A stretch of DNA of 52,336 nucleotides from Candidatus Woesearchaeota archaeon (GTDB lineage Archaea; Nanobdellota; Nanobdellia; Pacearchaeales; GW2011-AR1): the NCBI GenBank assembly GCA_964518155.1, contig CAZFDH010000001.1, positions 1 through 52,336 of the forward strand, in the 5' to 3' direction. The position numbers were made by a program, and so were the translations under genes. Positions 15,906-24,332 of this stretch are shown here, in pieces (the stretch's first letter is position 1; each line of letters opens with the position of its first letter). The notes below the pieces were generated by a model. The model saw only the letters and a program-made list of their open reading frames with translations, was not told the origin of the DNA and ran no database searches.

Positions 15906-16670
15906 TTAAATTGAGTTAATTTCCTTCTCATTTCCCTTAACAAATTCCCAAGATTTAACTAAGAAATCTTCAAAACTTTCACGATTATCATAAAATTCCT
16001 GTAAATAAGACAAAATAGGTTGTCCATTCAATAAAAAATTCTGAAATTCATCATATGAACCAAATTTAAATCTAAAAACTTCTTGAATTTTTTTATCATT
16101 TAATATAATTGCTGGCACCATCTCACTTAACTTCCATACCAGATAAGGATAATCAAACTCTTCTTCTTTAGTCTGGGGAAAAACTTTCTTCCATTTTTCA
16201 AAGTAAAGGAAATGTGAAGCTTCATGAATCACTGTTTCCTTCATTTGTTTTATGGTCGAATCATAAAAAACATCAAAACTTCTATCTTTTATCCATCGAG
16301 GGCAAATTGGATTTAAAGAGATACCAGCATAAATCTTTCTGTCTTGCTTAGGCCATTTTTGTTCCATAACCTCTGACAAAGCAATCATTATTTTGTCATT
16401 AACCTTATTCCACTCTTTTTGAAAAATCTTCTTTTTCATTTCTAGTTCATCTTTTTTCTCATAAAATATTTCTTCAAAAAATTCTTTTTCAATTTTTTTC
16501 CGTTTATTAATATCTTTTATTCGATCAAGTCTATTCTTTAATTCCGGATAATGTCGATAAATTGAACCACTCCAATCCCAATCATTCTTCCGAGGATTTA
16601 GAAAATCCTGAATTATAGGTAAAGTAACTTTAAGAGAAGCAACGCTGAATTCAACTTTAGGAATATTCAT
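15906..16670 (-). CDS. hypothetical protein with an HExxH motif (possible zinc-dependent hydrolase)
   Basis: The track ORF starts at a TTG at 16679. I use the ATG at 16670 (MNIPKVE...). The VIHEASHFLYF motif is the only functional hint. Confidence 0.45.
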   Translation of the reverse strand: MNIPKVEFSVASLKVTLPIIQDFLNPRKNDWDWSGSIYRHYPELKNRLDRIKDINKRKKIEKEFFEEIFYEKKDELEMKKKIFQKEWNKVNDKIMIALSEVMEQKWPKQDRKIYAGISLNPICPRWIKDRSFDVFYDSTIKQMKETVIHEASHFLYFEKWKKVFPQTKEEEFDYPYLVWKLSEMVPAIILNDKKIQEVFRFKFGSYDEFQNFLLNGQPILSYLQEFYDNRESFEDFLVKSWEFVKGNEKEINSI

Positions 16671-16745
16671 ATTAATCAAATGAAGTTATTATTTATTAAC
16701 ATAACGTTTAACAACATTTTTAATCCCGATTTCATTAATACAAAC

Positions 16746-17879
16746 ATGGAAACGCTGAAAGGATTCAAAGATTTCACCGGAGAAGAAGCCCAAAAACGAG
16801 CGGCAATAAAAAAAATCATAGTCCAGACTTTCGAAAAATATGGCTTCGAGCCCGCTGAAACGCCAATAATCGAACCAGAAGAATTTGTAAAATCACAATC
16901 CGACGAAAACGACGAAGCTATCTCAGACACTTACAAACTTGAAGACAAAGGAAAAAGAAAACTTGCATTAAGATATGAATTTACCTTTCAATTAAAAAGA
17001 ATTTCCAACAACAAAAAACTCCCTTACAAAAGATACCAGATCGGAGAAGTATTCAGAGACGAGCCAGCATCAACAAACCGCTTCAGACAGTTCACACAAT
17101 GCGACGCTGACGTAATAGGCTCCACAATAAAAGATGAAGCAGAGATCTTGACGTTAGCAAATGAAATTCTAGACAAACTAAAAATAAAATCAATAATTTA
17201 CATTAACAACCGTAAACTCTTAAACGAAATTTTAGAAAAAGAAGGAATAAAGGAAAATGTTCGCCCCCAAGTTTTAAGAGAACTTGACAAATACGATAAA
17301 CTTCCAGAAAAAGAAATTATTGAGAATCTAAAAAAATTCAAAGCAGAAAAAATCCTCCAAAAAATAAAAGAGGGTCAATCATATTTCAAAAAATTTGATT
17401 CATATAAAGAAATCTTAGAATTGATGAATTACTGCAAAAACTTCGGAGTAAAAGTTGTGTTCTCACCGACGGTAATTAGAGGACTATCTTATTACAATGG
17501 AACGGTATTCGAAATAAAGTCAGAAAAAATGAAAGAAACAATGATTGCTGGAGGAAGCTACAAGGTCGGAGAAAATCAATGCGCTGGGATTTCATTCGGA
17601 GTCGAAAGAGTTTCTGTTTTGGCTCAAGCAGAAATAAATTCAACAGAATATTTAGTAATTTCTTTAAACCAGGACAAAGAAGCAATAAGTATAGCGCAAA
17701 AACTCCGCGAAAAAAATAAATCTGTTTCAATTTATTATGGAAAACCATCCAAAGCGCTAGAATACGCAAACGCATATTCAATAAGTAAAGTTATCTTCGT
17801 CGGAGAAAAAGAAGTCAAAGCAAAAAAATTCAAGGAAAAAGACATGACATCTGGGAAAGAAAAGGATCTGAAACTTTAA
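16746..17879 (+). CDS. hisS: histidyl-tRNA synthetase
   Basis: I start at METLKGFKDF (ATG at 16746), with a TATA-like element about 25 nt upstream. The class II motifs are LRYEFTFQLKR/FRDE and GGSY...GISFGVERV, and a C-terminal anticodon-binding-like domain is present. Confidence 0.85.
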   Translation: METLKGFKDFTGEEAQKRAAIKKIIVQTFEKYGFEPAETPIIEPEEFVKSQSDENDEAISDTYKLEDKGKRKLALRYEFTFQLKRISNNKKLPYKRYQIGEVFRDEPASTNRFRQFTQCDADVIGSTIKDEAEILTLANEILDKLKIKSIIYINNRKLLNEILEKEGIKENVRPQVLRELDKYDKLPEKEIIENLKKFKAEKILQKIKEGQSYFKKFDSYKEILELMNYCKNFGVKVVFSPTVIRGLSYYNGTVFEIKSEKMKETMIAGGSYKVGENQCAGISFGVERVSVLAQAEINSTEYLVISLNQDKEAISIAQKLREKNKSVSIYYGKPSKALEYANAYSISKVIFVGEKEVKAKKFKEKDMTSGKEKDLKL

Positions 17880-17945
17880 CAATCAACCAAAAAGATATTT
17901 ATTTAAATCACATTTTCTTAACTCAATTAAGAAAGGAGGTTGAAA

Positions 17946-18119
17946 ATGGCAAAGTTAACAGCTTGGTTGGTCACCCTTATCGGTATAGTTTTGATTCTAG
18001 CTGCAATGGGTGTATTCAGCGTTACAGACACTTGGTTCCTATGGGTACTAGGTGGGGGAGTTCTAGTAATCGGTATCGGTAAACTAATAAGAAACTACTC
18101 TTCTAAAAAAAGAAAGTAA
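17946..18119 (+). CDS. small two-TM membrane protein (57 aa)
   Basis: Not in the ORF track. It reads MAKLTAWLVTLIGIVLILAAMGVFSVTDTWFLWVLGGGVLVIGIGKLIRNYSSKKRK and is preceded by AAGGAGGT 7 nt upstream. Confidence 0.4.
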   Translation: MAKLTAWLVTLIGIVLILAAMGVFSVTDTWFLWVLGGGVLVIGIGKLIRNYSSKKRK

Positions 18120-18137
18120 AATCAGTCGTTTTATTTT

Positions 18138-18704
18138 TTATTCTTTATTTTCTTTTACAAACTCTTCAATTAATTCCTTGTTTCTAACTTCCGGATGAAA
18201 TAAGCACCCAAAGATCTTTTTTTGCTTATGCTTTATTGCCCCAATCCCCGAAGGAGATTTAGAATAAACTTCAAAATCTTTTCCAACCCTTATCACGCTA
18301 AGCCCATGCAATTGATAAACCTCTTTTTCTCCATTAGCACCGAGGAATCCTTTTTTAAAATTAATTTTCTCAAGCCCAATTTTTTCATTTTTCTCTAATT
18401 CCCCTCCAAAAAGTTTAACAATTATTTGCATTCCTGCACAAATTCCCAAAATAGGTTTACCATAATCTTTGATCCAATTGAATTTATCAATCTGACCAAT
18501 ATACTCAAAATCAGCCAAAGACGTTCCACAGATTATAACTTTTGACGATTTCTCAAGATCTTTTTTAGCCAAACAATCATATCTCCTGATAAAACCTTTA
18601 ACATTATTCTTAACCAAAACATCTCCTACTGGCTTCACAAATTCATAAAAATGTAGTTTCTCTTTACAAACATTAACAATCAAAACATTATTTTGTACTT
18701 TCAT
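18138..18704 (-). CDS. class I glutamine amidotransferase (GuaA-subunit-A-like)
   Basis: 188 aa with the nucleophile-elbow motif PILGICAGMQ and a C-terminal FGCLFHPE (the His-Glu of the triad). Confidence 0.7.
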   Translation of the reverse strand: MKVQNNVLIVNVCKEKLHFYEFVKPVGDVLVKNNVKGFIRRYDCLAKKDLEKSSKVIICGTSLADFEYIGQIDKFNWIKDYGKPILGICAGMQIIVKLFGGELEKNEKIGLEKINFKKGFLGANGEKEVYQLHGLSVIRVGKDFEVYSKSPSGIGAIKHKQKKIFGCLFHPEVRNKELIEEFVKENKE

Positions 18705-18737
18705 AAATTATTTAATAAAAAACTGCTTTTATTTCTT

Positions 18738-18848
18738 ATGGATCAGGACGAAAAAGATGTTATTTGGAACATTCCATTAATTTTTGGACTCATAATTCTA
18801 CTCCCAGTTGTTTTCACTTACAACTTTATGAAAAAGGCTCTAGCTTAA
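18738..18848 (+). CDS. possible 36-aa membrane micropeptide
   Basis: My own translation is MDQDEKDVIWNIPLIFGLIILLPVVFTYNFMKKALA. It has one TM helix and overlaps the 3' end of the convergent Dph6-like gene by 9 nt. It may be spurious. Confidence 0.2.
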   Translation: MDQDEKDVIWNIPLIFGLIILLPVVFTYNFMKKALA

Positions 18849-19511
18849 CTCAAACTCTCTTCTCCAAGAGTTTTCTTTGCCATAATCTCTAAATGATTTT
18901 ATTTTTAGTCTTTGCTTAAACAATCCAGGAGCAAATAAAACTAAACTTTCAAACTCCCCTCCTTCTCCAGCCGGATTTATTTTATACTTTTCTTTAAGTT
19001 TAGAGATTTCTTCAATGAATTTTCTATCAATTTTCTTTCCCAACCAATTTTCATTCAAAGGATAAGCCGCTACGCCACTAATAACAACTTCAAATTTATT
19101 TTTTACCAGACCTTCCAATAGTTCAATTTGATCTTTCTGCCAAAGCGGATTAAAACATTCAAGTTTAAGTTTTGAACAAATTTTTTGAATTCTACTTGCT
19201 TGATAAACCGACTCAACCGCGCCAGTCACAACCCCTTTAATTTTATATTTGTCTTTAGCATGCAAAATCGCTTTTTCTAAATCTTTAAGCTCTTCTTCTT
19301 TCTTCCCTTTGGTTTTCTGAATTATTATTGGGACTCTCATGGCCTGCGCTTGCATTTCCGTCGAAGAAATTGATGGCGTGTGAAACATGTAGCTATCTTT
19401 ATTCTCAGAAATAACTGAAATCAAACAAACAATTTCGTATCCTTCTTTTTTCGCTAGCCAAGCTGCATAAGTTGAATCTTTCCCTCCAGAGAATAAAACA
19501 CCAACTTTCAT
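18840..19511 (-). CDS. diphthine-ammonia ligase-like ATP pyrophosphatase (Dph6 / MJ0570 family)
   Basis: 223 aa. The PP-loop N-terminus is MKVGVLFSGGKDSTYAAWLA, and ...GEGGEFESLV is typical of this family. Confidence 0.75.
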   Translation of the reverse strand: MKVGVLFSGGKDSTYAAWLAKKEGYEIVCLISVISENKDSYMFHTPSISSTEMQAQAMRVPIIIQKTKGKKEEELKDLEKAILHAKDKYKIKGVVTGAVESVYQASRIQKICSKLKLECFNPLWQKDQIELLEGLVKNKFEVVISGVAAYPLNENWLGKKIDRKFIEEISKLKEKYKINPAGEGGEFESLVLFAPGLFKQRLKIKSFRDYGKENSWRREFELS

Positions 19512-20362
19512 CCTTCTTTCTCCGCCATAGATTTATCTTTATCACTGAATTCTTCAACTTCTTCAATTGAATCAAGTAATTCTGCATAAGGATTTCCATT
19601 GTGCCTAAAGTAGACATCTTTAAGCCAAACGTTTATTTCGCCAAAATGATTCTCTTGATGAAGCCAGACTTTACTTTGATTTTCCAAATGCAAAAGAGAT
19701 GAAAACGCCGCGATTCTATGTTCTTTTTCTCCAACAACAAGCTCGCTAAATAAAATATTTTTTCTAAGATTCTCATCTTTGAGGTGTCCAAAAAGAAGTT
19801 CATAGATTTCTTTTATTTTATCTGTAATACTTATTGTCCTTTTTGGCAAAGAAATTGAGCTCTCACGCAAAGCGTTTTTATTGATAATTTCTTTTTTTAT
19901 TCTACGGTTTTCTGTAATAATCGCTTTATTCAAGGAATCAATAAGTTCTTGAAGCGTAACTTTTTTGTAACGCGGCATCGGACTTCGTGGAATTAACTCC
20001 GGAATTTCTTCATCAAGTTCAATTCTTTCCATAGAATACTTTTTTTGATCTTTCTTTCCAAAAAGAATCTCATCTATACTTTTGATATATTTGTTAAGCA
20101 AAATCTCAGATTTTATTCTAAGTAAAAACGCAGCTGCAAGCAGAACTTTGCTAGAAATAAAGAAGTCTGCTTCTTCTAAAGACCTTATTTTCTCCAAATA
20201 CCCATCTGTAAGAGTAACAATATCGATATCCCAAGGGTCAAGTTGCTCCGTATTAATCAAGTCATAAATTATTTCTTGCCAACTTATCTCTCTTCCAAAC
20301 AAAAGGTCATGAATTTGCTCTTGTTTGACGTTTCTAGCCTCTTTTTCTTGTCCTTCCACCAT
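19508..20362 (-). CDS. scpA: segregation and condensation protein A (kleisin ScpA)
   Basis: LDPWDIDIVTLTDGYLEKIRSLEEADFFISSKVLLAAAFLLRIKSEIL is the ScpA N-terminal signature. I start at the ATG at 20362 (MVEGQ...) rather than the GTG at 20416 because of the TATA box at 20383-20392. Confidence 0.8.
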   Translation of the reverse strand: MVEGQEKEARNVKQEQIHDLLFGREISWQEIIYDLINTEQLDPWDIDIVTLTDGYLEKIRSLEEADFFISSKVLLAAAFLLRIKSEILLNKYIKSIDEILFGKKDQKKYSMERIELDEEIPELIPRSPMPRYKKVTLQELIDSLNKAIITENRRIKKEIINKNALRESSISLPKRTISITDKIKEIYELLFGHLKDENLRKNILFSELVVGEKEHRIAAFSSLLHLENQSKVWLHQENHFGEINVWLKDVYFRHNGNPYAELLDSIEEVEEFSDKDKSMAEKEG

Positions 20363-20382
20363 TCTTACATTAGTGCCAACAA

Positions 20383-20392
20383 CTTTATAAAG
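20383..20392 (-). promoter_or_regulatory. TATA-like box for scpA
   Basis: CTTTATAAAG, with 20 nt between the box and the ATG at 20362. Confidence 0.45.
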
Positions 20393-20613
20393 ATTGTATC
20401 TTATGATATTCAACACTAAAATAAGCTGTAGTGCCTAACCTTAACTTCAGTTTAAATAAAATGATAACTACTATTGGTTCAAGAACCATTGTCATTTTTT
20501 AAGAGTAACAGAAACGAAAGGTTTAAATAGTATTTAGTTCTAAGATTATTATCACCTCTTTTTCCCCAGGAGAGGCTTCAGGTCGTGCTACTTGTTTGAT
20601 CTGAAAACTCTCC

Positions 20614-20695
20614 CAGGGTTTATAATTTATTAGAAACCCGTCAAAAGAGTCATATAATGACGACATTCAATCAGAGTTTATAATTTATTAGAAAC
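20614..20695 (+). repeat. two direct 24-nt repeats with CRISPR-like architecture
   Basis: CAGGGTTTATAATTTATTAGAAAC lies at 20614-20637 and CAGAGTTTATAATTTATTAGAAAC at 20672-20695. The 20-nt core is identical, the cores are 38 nt apart and the period is 58 nt. The core starts GTTT and ends GAAAC. A TATA-like GGTTTAAATAG lies at 20519-20529, about 85 nt upstream of the first repeat. Confidence 0.6.
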
Positions 20696-20793
20696 TAACA
20701 GAAACATTTACATTCACAAATTAAATCGTGGATTATAGCATTTATTTTTTAGTATTTGCTTCCACGTAACATATTCAAGAATTATTTCTACTA

Positions 20794-21006
20794 TTACTTC
20801 TTACTGTCGAATTCGGTGTAATGACACTTTCCACAATAAGATCTTCCTTGAGAACTTCTTAAGAAAACTCCTGGTCCGCATTTAGGACAGAATTTTGCTT
20901 CTCTAACAGCCTTTTCACCAGCGATTTTATACTTAGAATATTTTTTACTTGTAGGTTTGTTTTTATGCGGTTTCTTTCCTTTCTTTACAACTTTTTTCCC
21001 ACCCAT
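20794..21006 (-). CDS. rps27ae: 30S ribosomal protein eS31 (S27ae)
   Basis: 70 aa with the zinc ribbon FCPKCGPGVFL...YCGKCHYT and a Lys-rich N-terminus. Confidence 0.9.
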   Translation of the reverse strand: MGGKKVVKKGKKPHKNKPTSKKYSKYKIAGEKAVREAKFCPKCGPGVFLRSSQGRSYCGKCHYTEFDSKK

Positions 21007-21377
21007 TATGCACTTTCTCCTTCAGAATTTTCTGTTGATTCTTTCGGGGCTTTAGCCGCTTTCCTCGCTTCTGCTTCAGCCTTTATTCTTTCAGCAATCA
21101 TTTTCTTTTCCGCATCTCTTTCCTTTTTACTTTTTATTTCGATTCTATCTTTGTCTTGAGCAGAACCATAAATGTTAGCAACAATGGTAAATCTCCTAGT
21201 CCCAAAATTACCGGAGATTGATTTTATTTTTATGTTTTCCACCGGAGAAGAAAATTTTTCAGAAATTAACGCTTCAACTTCGCTTTTCTTAGGACTTGAT
21301 TCGTGATCCATTTCTAGTCTAACTTCTTTTCTTCCAAAAAGAGGATTTTCGGTTTGTTTTACGACGTCGAATTTCAT
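21006..21377 (-). CDS. rps24e: 30S ribosomal protein eS24 with a Lys/Glu/Ala-rich C-terminal extension
   Basis: 123 aa. ENPLFGRKEVRLEMDHESSPKKSEV...FGTRRFTIVANIYGS is typical S24e. Its stop abuts the start of S27ae. Confidence 0.9.
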   Translation of the reverse strand: MKFDVVKQTENPLFGRKEVRLEMDHESSPKKSEVEALISEKFSSPVENIKIKSISGNFGTRRFTIVANIYGSAQDKDRIEIKSKKERDAEKKMIAERIKAEAEARKAAKAPKESTENSEGESA

Positions 21378-21571
21378 CTTGTTTTTATTGCAAACTCGCC
21401 TTTCTGAGTCAAATTTAATTTCTTTGCAAATTCTGATTCTTGTGGATTAAGAACAATTATTCTTCCTTTCCAACCTTCAGTATATTCATCTCTATTCAGA
21501 CTTTTTTCCTTTATTTCGTAATCTGAAACCAATTCATTCGTTATTTTGCTCGCTAATTTTTTTTCTGGCAT
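21374..21571 (-). CDS. spt4: transcription elongation factor Spt4 (RpoE'') homologue lacking the zinc-ribbon cysteines
   Basis: 65 aa. The C-terminal half, WKGRIIVLNPQESEFAKKLNLTQKGEFAIK, matches the conserved Spt4 core. It sits in the canonical position between rpo7 and rps24e. The protein contains no Cys. Confidence 0.7.
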   Translation of the reverse strand: MPEKKLASKITNELVSDYEIKEKSLNRDEYTEGWKGRIIVLNPQESEFAKKLNLTQKGEFAIKTR

Positions 21572-22227
21572 TATTTCTTCTCCTTCTTGGATTTAGTTCC
21601 CTTTTCTTCATCTTTAGCAGCCTTTGCAACAGCTTTTTGTTTCTTAGCATGATCTTCTTTTATCCATTCAAGTTTTCCTAATCCTGGTTGTCTCATTGTT
21701 AAACCAATTTTCAGATCGTCACCTTTATGACTTATTGAAACAACTCTAGCTAAACATAAATCACCTTGTTTCAAAGTTCTTTTCGAATTCTTTCCCAAAA
21801 GCGAGTTTGCTTTACTGAAGCTCACAAAGTCATCCATTGTCTGACTTATATGAATCATTCCTCTAACAACACCAAGATCAATGAATGCGCCAAAATTCGT
21901 TATTTCTGAAATTGAGCCGTAAACTAATTCCTGAAGCTCCGGTTTCCAAATTAAAATCTTAAATCTTGAACTGTAGTAAGCCGCACCATCACCAGGAATT
22001 ATAACTCCCCTTCCGACTTCTAAAACTTCTACGACTGCGACAACTTTTCCAAGTTCTTTATCGTAATAATTTGCATAGGTTTCCCTAAGTTGTTTGTCAA
22101 CAGCCTCGGAAGTAGATAAACCGAAAAGTCTCGGTTCCACTCTTACATAATCTTGTACTTCTGCTAAATAGAACATGAAATCTAGAGTAAAAAACGGTTT
22201 AAAAAGCTTATGCCCCCTCTTCGCCAT
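21571..22227 (-). CDS. rpo7: DNA-directed RNA polymerase subunit Rpo7 (E')
   Basis: 218 aa. It has ...FYLAEVQDYVRVEPRLFG... and an S1 domain (ELVYGSISEITNFGAFIDLGVVRGMIHISQ). The ATG at 22227 overlaps the PIN stop as TAATG. An alternative start at 22176 (MFYLAEV) is possible. Confidence 0.85.
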   Translation of the reverse strand: MAKRGHKLFKPFFTLDFMFYLAEVQDYVRVEPRLFGLSTSEAVDKQLRETYANYYDKELGKVVAVVEVLEVGRGVIIPGDGAAYYSSRFKILIWKPELQELVYGSISEITNFGAFIDLGVVRGMIHISQTMDDFVSFSKANSLLGKNSKRTLKQGDLCLARVVSISHKGDDLKIGLTMRQPGLGKLEWIKEDHAKKQKAVAKAAKDEEKGTKSKKEKK

Positions 22228-22571
22228 TAAATCACATCGATTTTTTTCTTATTTCTAATGATTATTTTACGGTTCAGAACTCTTCTTTGCAATTCTTTAT
22301 CCAAAGTAGCCAAGTAAACATCTTTATGTTCGTCAAGATATTTTTTTATTCCGTTATCAACATAGCCTTTCCCAAGACTAACTTTCTTAAAATTATATTC
22401 ATTTATTATCTTAAGCGCAGTTTCTGCTTCAGGCTTTTTATTTTTCTTTATTTCATTAACAACTTCTTCTGGAACAATTATTTCAAATCCCTTGAATTTA
22501 AGCTCGTCTGCAAAGTCCAATTTATTTCTAATGCACGACAAAATAAAATTTGTATCAACTATAACATCCAT
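22227..22571 (-). CDS. PIN-domain protein, Fcf1/Utp24-like (COG1412-type), first gene of the rpo7-spt4-S24e-S27ae operon
   Basis: 114 aa. The N-terminus MDVIVDTNFIL is the first acidic PIN motif. The conserved archaeal gene context supports the call. Confidence 0.7.
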   Translation of the reverse strand: MDVIVDTNFILSCIRNKLDFADELKFKGFEIIVPEEVVNEIKKNKKPEAETALKIINEYNFKKVSLGKGYVDNGIKKYLDEHKDVYLATLDKELQRRVLNRKIIIRNKKKIDVI

Positions 22572-22686
22572 TTAATACAATAGAATTTGTAATATAAAAA
22601 CTTAACATTTATTAATGATGTTTTACTAAAATAGATGCCACGAAGTGGGTTGCTTGATTCGTAAAAACCCGCTGGAGGTTTTTACT

Positions 22687-23247
22687 ATGCAAGAGGTCGA
22701 AAATATTCTGGACATTCTCAAACAAACTAAAGAGGCTTTAGTAAAAGATGACCCTTCAAAAATAAGAGAGCTAAGCAACCGAACAATAAACACTGCTTCT
22801 TTGACTCAAGATCCTGACAACATTGCCGTCGCTGTAATTGTATATTCTTTAAGCAAAATAACAGAAAGAAGAGACTACAGAGAGTTGCGAGGATGGACAG
22901 AATTCTCCAAAAAATGGAATTATTATCTTGATCTAACAATCGAATCAATTGAAAAGAAGAAATGGGATCAGGCATCAAAAAATCTTGAGCAAATGAGAAA
23001 AGAAATCGGAAAACTTTCAGGTAAATTCAAAAAGTACGTTCAGGATGTTTTCAGGAGAGCGTCGATAAACAAAGCTTCTAGAATTTATGAACACGGAATT
23101 TCAATGGAACAAACCGCAAAACTTCTGGGAATTACAATGTGGGAGCTTGCAGATTATGCTGGCCAAACCGGAATCTCCGACGTTCCTCTGAGTAGAACAC
23201 TGACAGCAAAATCAAGAATTAAACTTGCACAAGATTTTTTCAAATGA
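22687..23247 (+). CDS. hypothetical protein with a C-terminal HTH (UPF0175-like antitoxin-type domain)
   Basis: I use the ATG at 22687, which is preceded by GGAGGT, rather than the GTG at 22645. The C-terminus, GISMEQTAKLLGITMWELADYAGQTGI, looks like an HTH. Its stop overlaps the next gene's ATG (ATGA). Confidence 0.5.
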   Translation: MQEVENILDILKQTKEALVKDDPSKIRELSNRTINTASLTQDPDNIAVAVIVYSLSKITERRDYRELRGWTEFSKKWNYYLDLTIESIEKKKWDQASKNLEQMRKEIGKLSGKFKKYVQDVFRRASINKASRIYEHGISMEQTAKLLGITMWELADYAGQTGISDVPLSRTLTAKSRIKLAQDFFK

Positions 23248-23924
23248 TCACAGAAAAAGTAATAATCTTCGACGCCAGCACTTTGATAAGTATTTCGATG
23301 AACGGTTTATACCCAGAATTAAAAAAACTAAAAGAAAAATTCAATGGAAAATTCATAATTACAAAAGAAGTAAAATATGAAGTTATAGATAGACCAATCC
23401 AAATAAAACGTTTTGAGCTTGAAGCTCTAAGGCTTAAAGAATTATTTGATCAAAAAATAATTGAATCGCCTTCTTCAGTCGGTTTTTCAGACGCAGAAAT
23501 CTCAAGAAAGACTCAGGAGATACTAGAGATCTCGAATAAATCTTTCATTGGAAACGGCAAAGAAATTCATCTAATTGATCTTGGCGAAGCATCTTGCATC
23601 GCGCTAGCAAATATAATTGGAAATAAAGTGGATTATCTATTAGCAATAGATGAAAGAACGACTAGAATGCTCTGCGAAAATCCGGAGAATCTTAGAAAAT
23701 TACTTGAGAAAAAACTGCACACCAAGATCATTGTTAAAAATCAAAATTTTAAACTCTTCAAGGGACTAAACATAATTCGTTCAACTGAACTGATTTATGT
23801 TGCATATAAAAAAGGCATTTTTGAAATAAAGAACAATCAGCTTCTTGACGCACTGCTTTACGGACTCAAATTTAAAGGTGCATCAATCTCCGACGAAGAA
23901 ATCGAAGAAATCAAGAAGATTTAA
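23244..23924 (+). CDS. PIN-like nuclease-fold protein (DUF3368/COG2405-like)
   Basis: 226 aa. VIIFDASTLISI (first acidic motif) and IDLGEASCIALA are typical of PIN-like toxin-type proteins that pair with UPF0175 partners. Confidence 0.5.
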   Translation: MITEKVIIFDASTLISISMNGLYPELKKLKEKFNGKFIITKEVKYEVIDRPIQIKRFELEALRLKELFDQKIIESPSSVGFSDAEISRKTQEILEISNKSFIGNGKEIHLIDLGEASCIALANIIGNKVDYLLAIDERTTRMLCENPENLRKLLEKKLHTKIIVKNQNFKLFKGLNIIRSTELIYVAYKKGIFEIKNNQLLDALLYGLKFKGASISDEEIEEIKKI

Positions 23925-24198
23925 CAGTCGGGAGATTAATTACTCTAAACTCATCAGATCTTGAAGGAGGTGGAAGATACCATTCCCACATTCCCCTTTC
24001 TCTAGAAATATAATATTCACATGGCCTTTGTGTGTTTCCATTTGAACGGTCATGATCATAATCCCTATGAAAAAGACAATCGTAATTTCCGCATGAATCA
24101 TCAACACATTTTTTTAAAGACAAAGCAGGGTCATCTAAAGAATCTAGTTCATTTCTATGTAGCTCTTGAGCAATTTCTTTGTCGTTCACTTTAACCAC
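23911..24198 (-). CDS. hypothetical Cys/His/Asp-rich protein
   Basis: 95-aa ORF with only a GTG start. I recognise no family and coding status is uncertain. Confidence 0.3.
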   Translation of the reverse strand: MVKVNDKEIAQELHRNELDSLDDPALSLKKCVDDSCGNYDCLFHRDYDHDRSNGNTQRPCEYYISRERGMWEWYLPPPSRSDEFRVINLPTVKSS

Positions 24199-24230
24199 TC
24201 TTTTCTGTGCATTTTCTCAGCCTAACAAAT

Positions 24231-24239
24231 TATTTAAAC
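24231..24239 (+). promoter_or_regulatory. TATA-like box for tRNA-Trp
   Basis: TATTTAAAC, centred about 27 nt upstream of tRNA position +1 at 24262. Confidence 0.45.
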
Positions 24240-24261
24240 ATTCTTATTGTGAAAAATATAC

Positions 24262-24332
24262 GGGTGCGTAGTTTAATGGTAAAATAGGCGGCTCCAGACC
24301 GCCAGCTGGGGGTTCGATTCCCTCCGTGCCCA
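24262..24332 (+). tRNA. tRNA-Trp (anticodon CCA)
   Basis: 71-nt hand fold. Acceptor is GGGTGCG/CGTGCCC with two G-U pairs. D arm is GTTT-AATGGTA-AAAT, anticodon arm is GGCGG-CTCCAGA-CCGCC, T arm is GGGGG-TTCGATT-CCCTC and the discriminator is A. There is no intron at 37/38 and no encoded CCA. Confidence 0.85.

Noticed and set aside
20463-20500. A hairpin (AATGA..ATTGGTTC-AA-GAACCATT..TCATT) followed by TTTTTT as a plus-strand terminator
   Set aside because: No plus-strand gene lies upstream of it, since scpA is on the reverse strand. It could belong to an unannotated small RNA, but I cannot support a feature call from the sequence alone.
20614-20695. Annotating the 24-nt repeats as a bona fide CRISPR array
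   Set aside because: There are only two good copies, the identical core is short (20 nt) and there are no cas genes in the 52 kb. The repeat is AT-rich and TATA-like, so tandem binding sites or a small RNA remain equally plausible. I report it as a repeat and a finding, not as a CRISPR.
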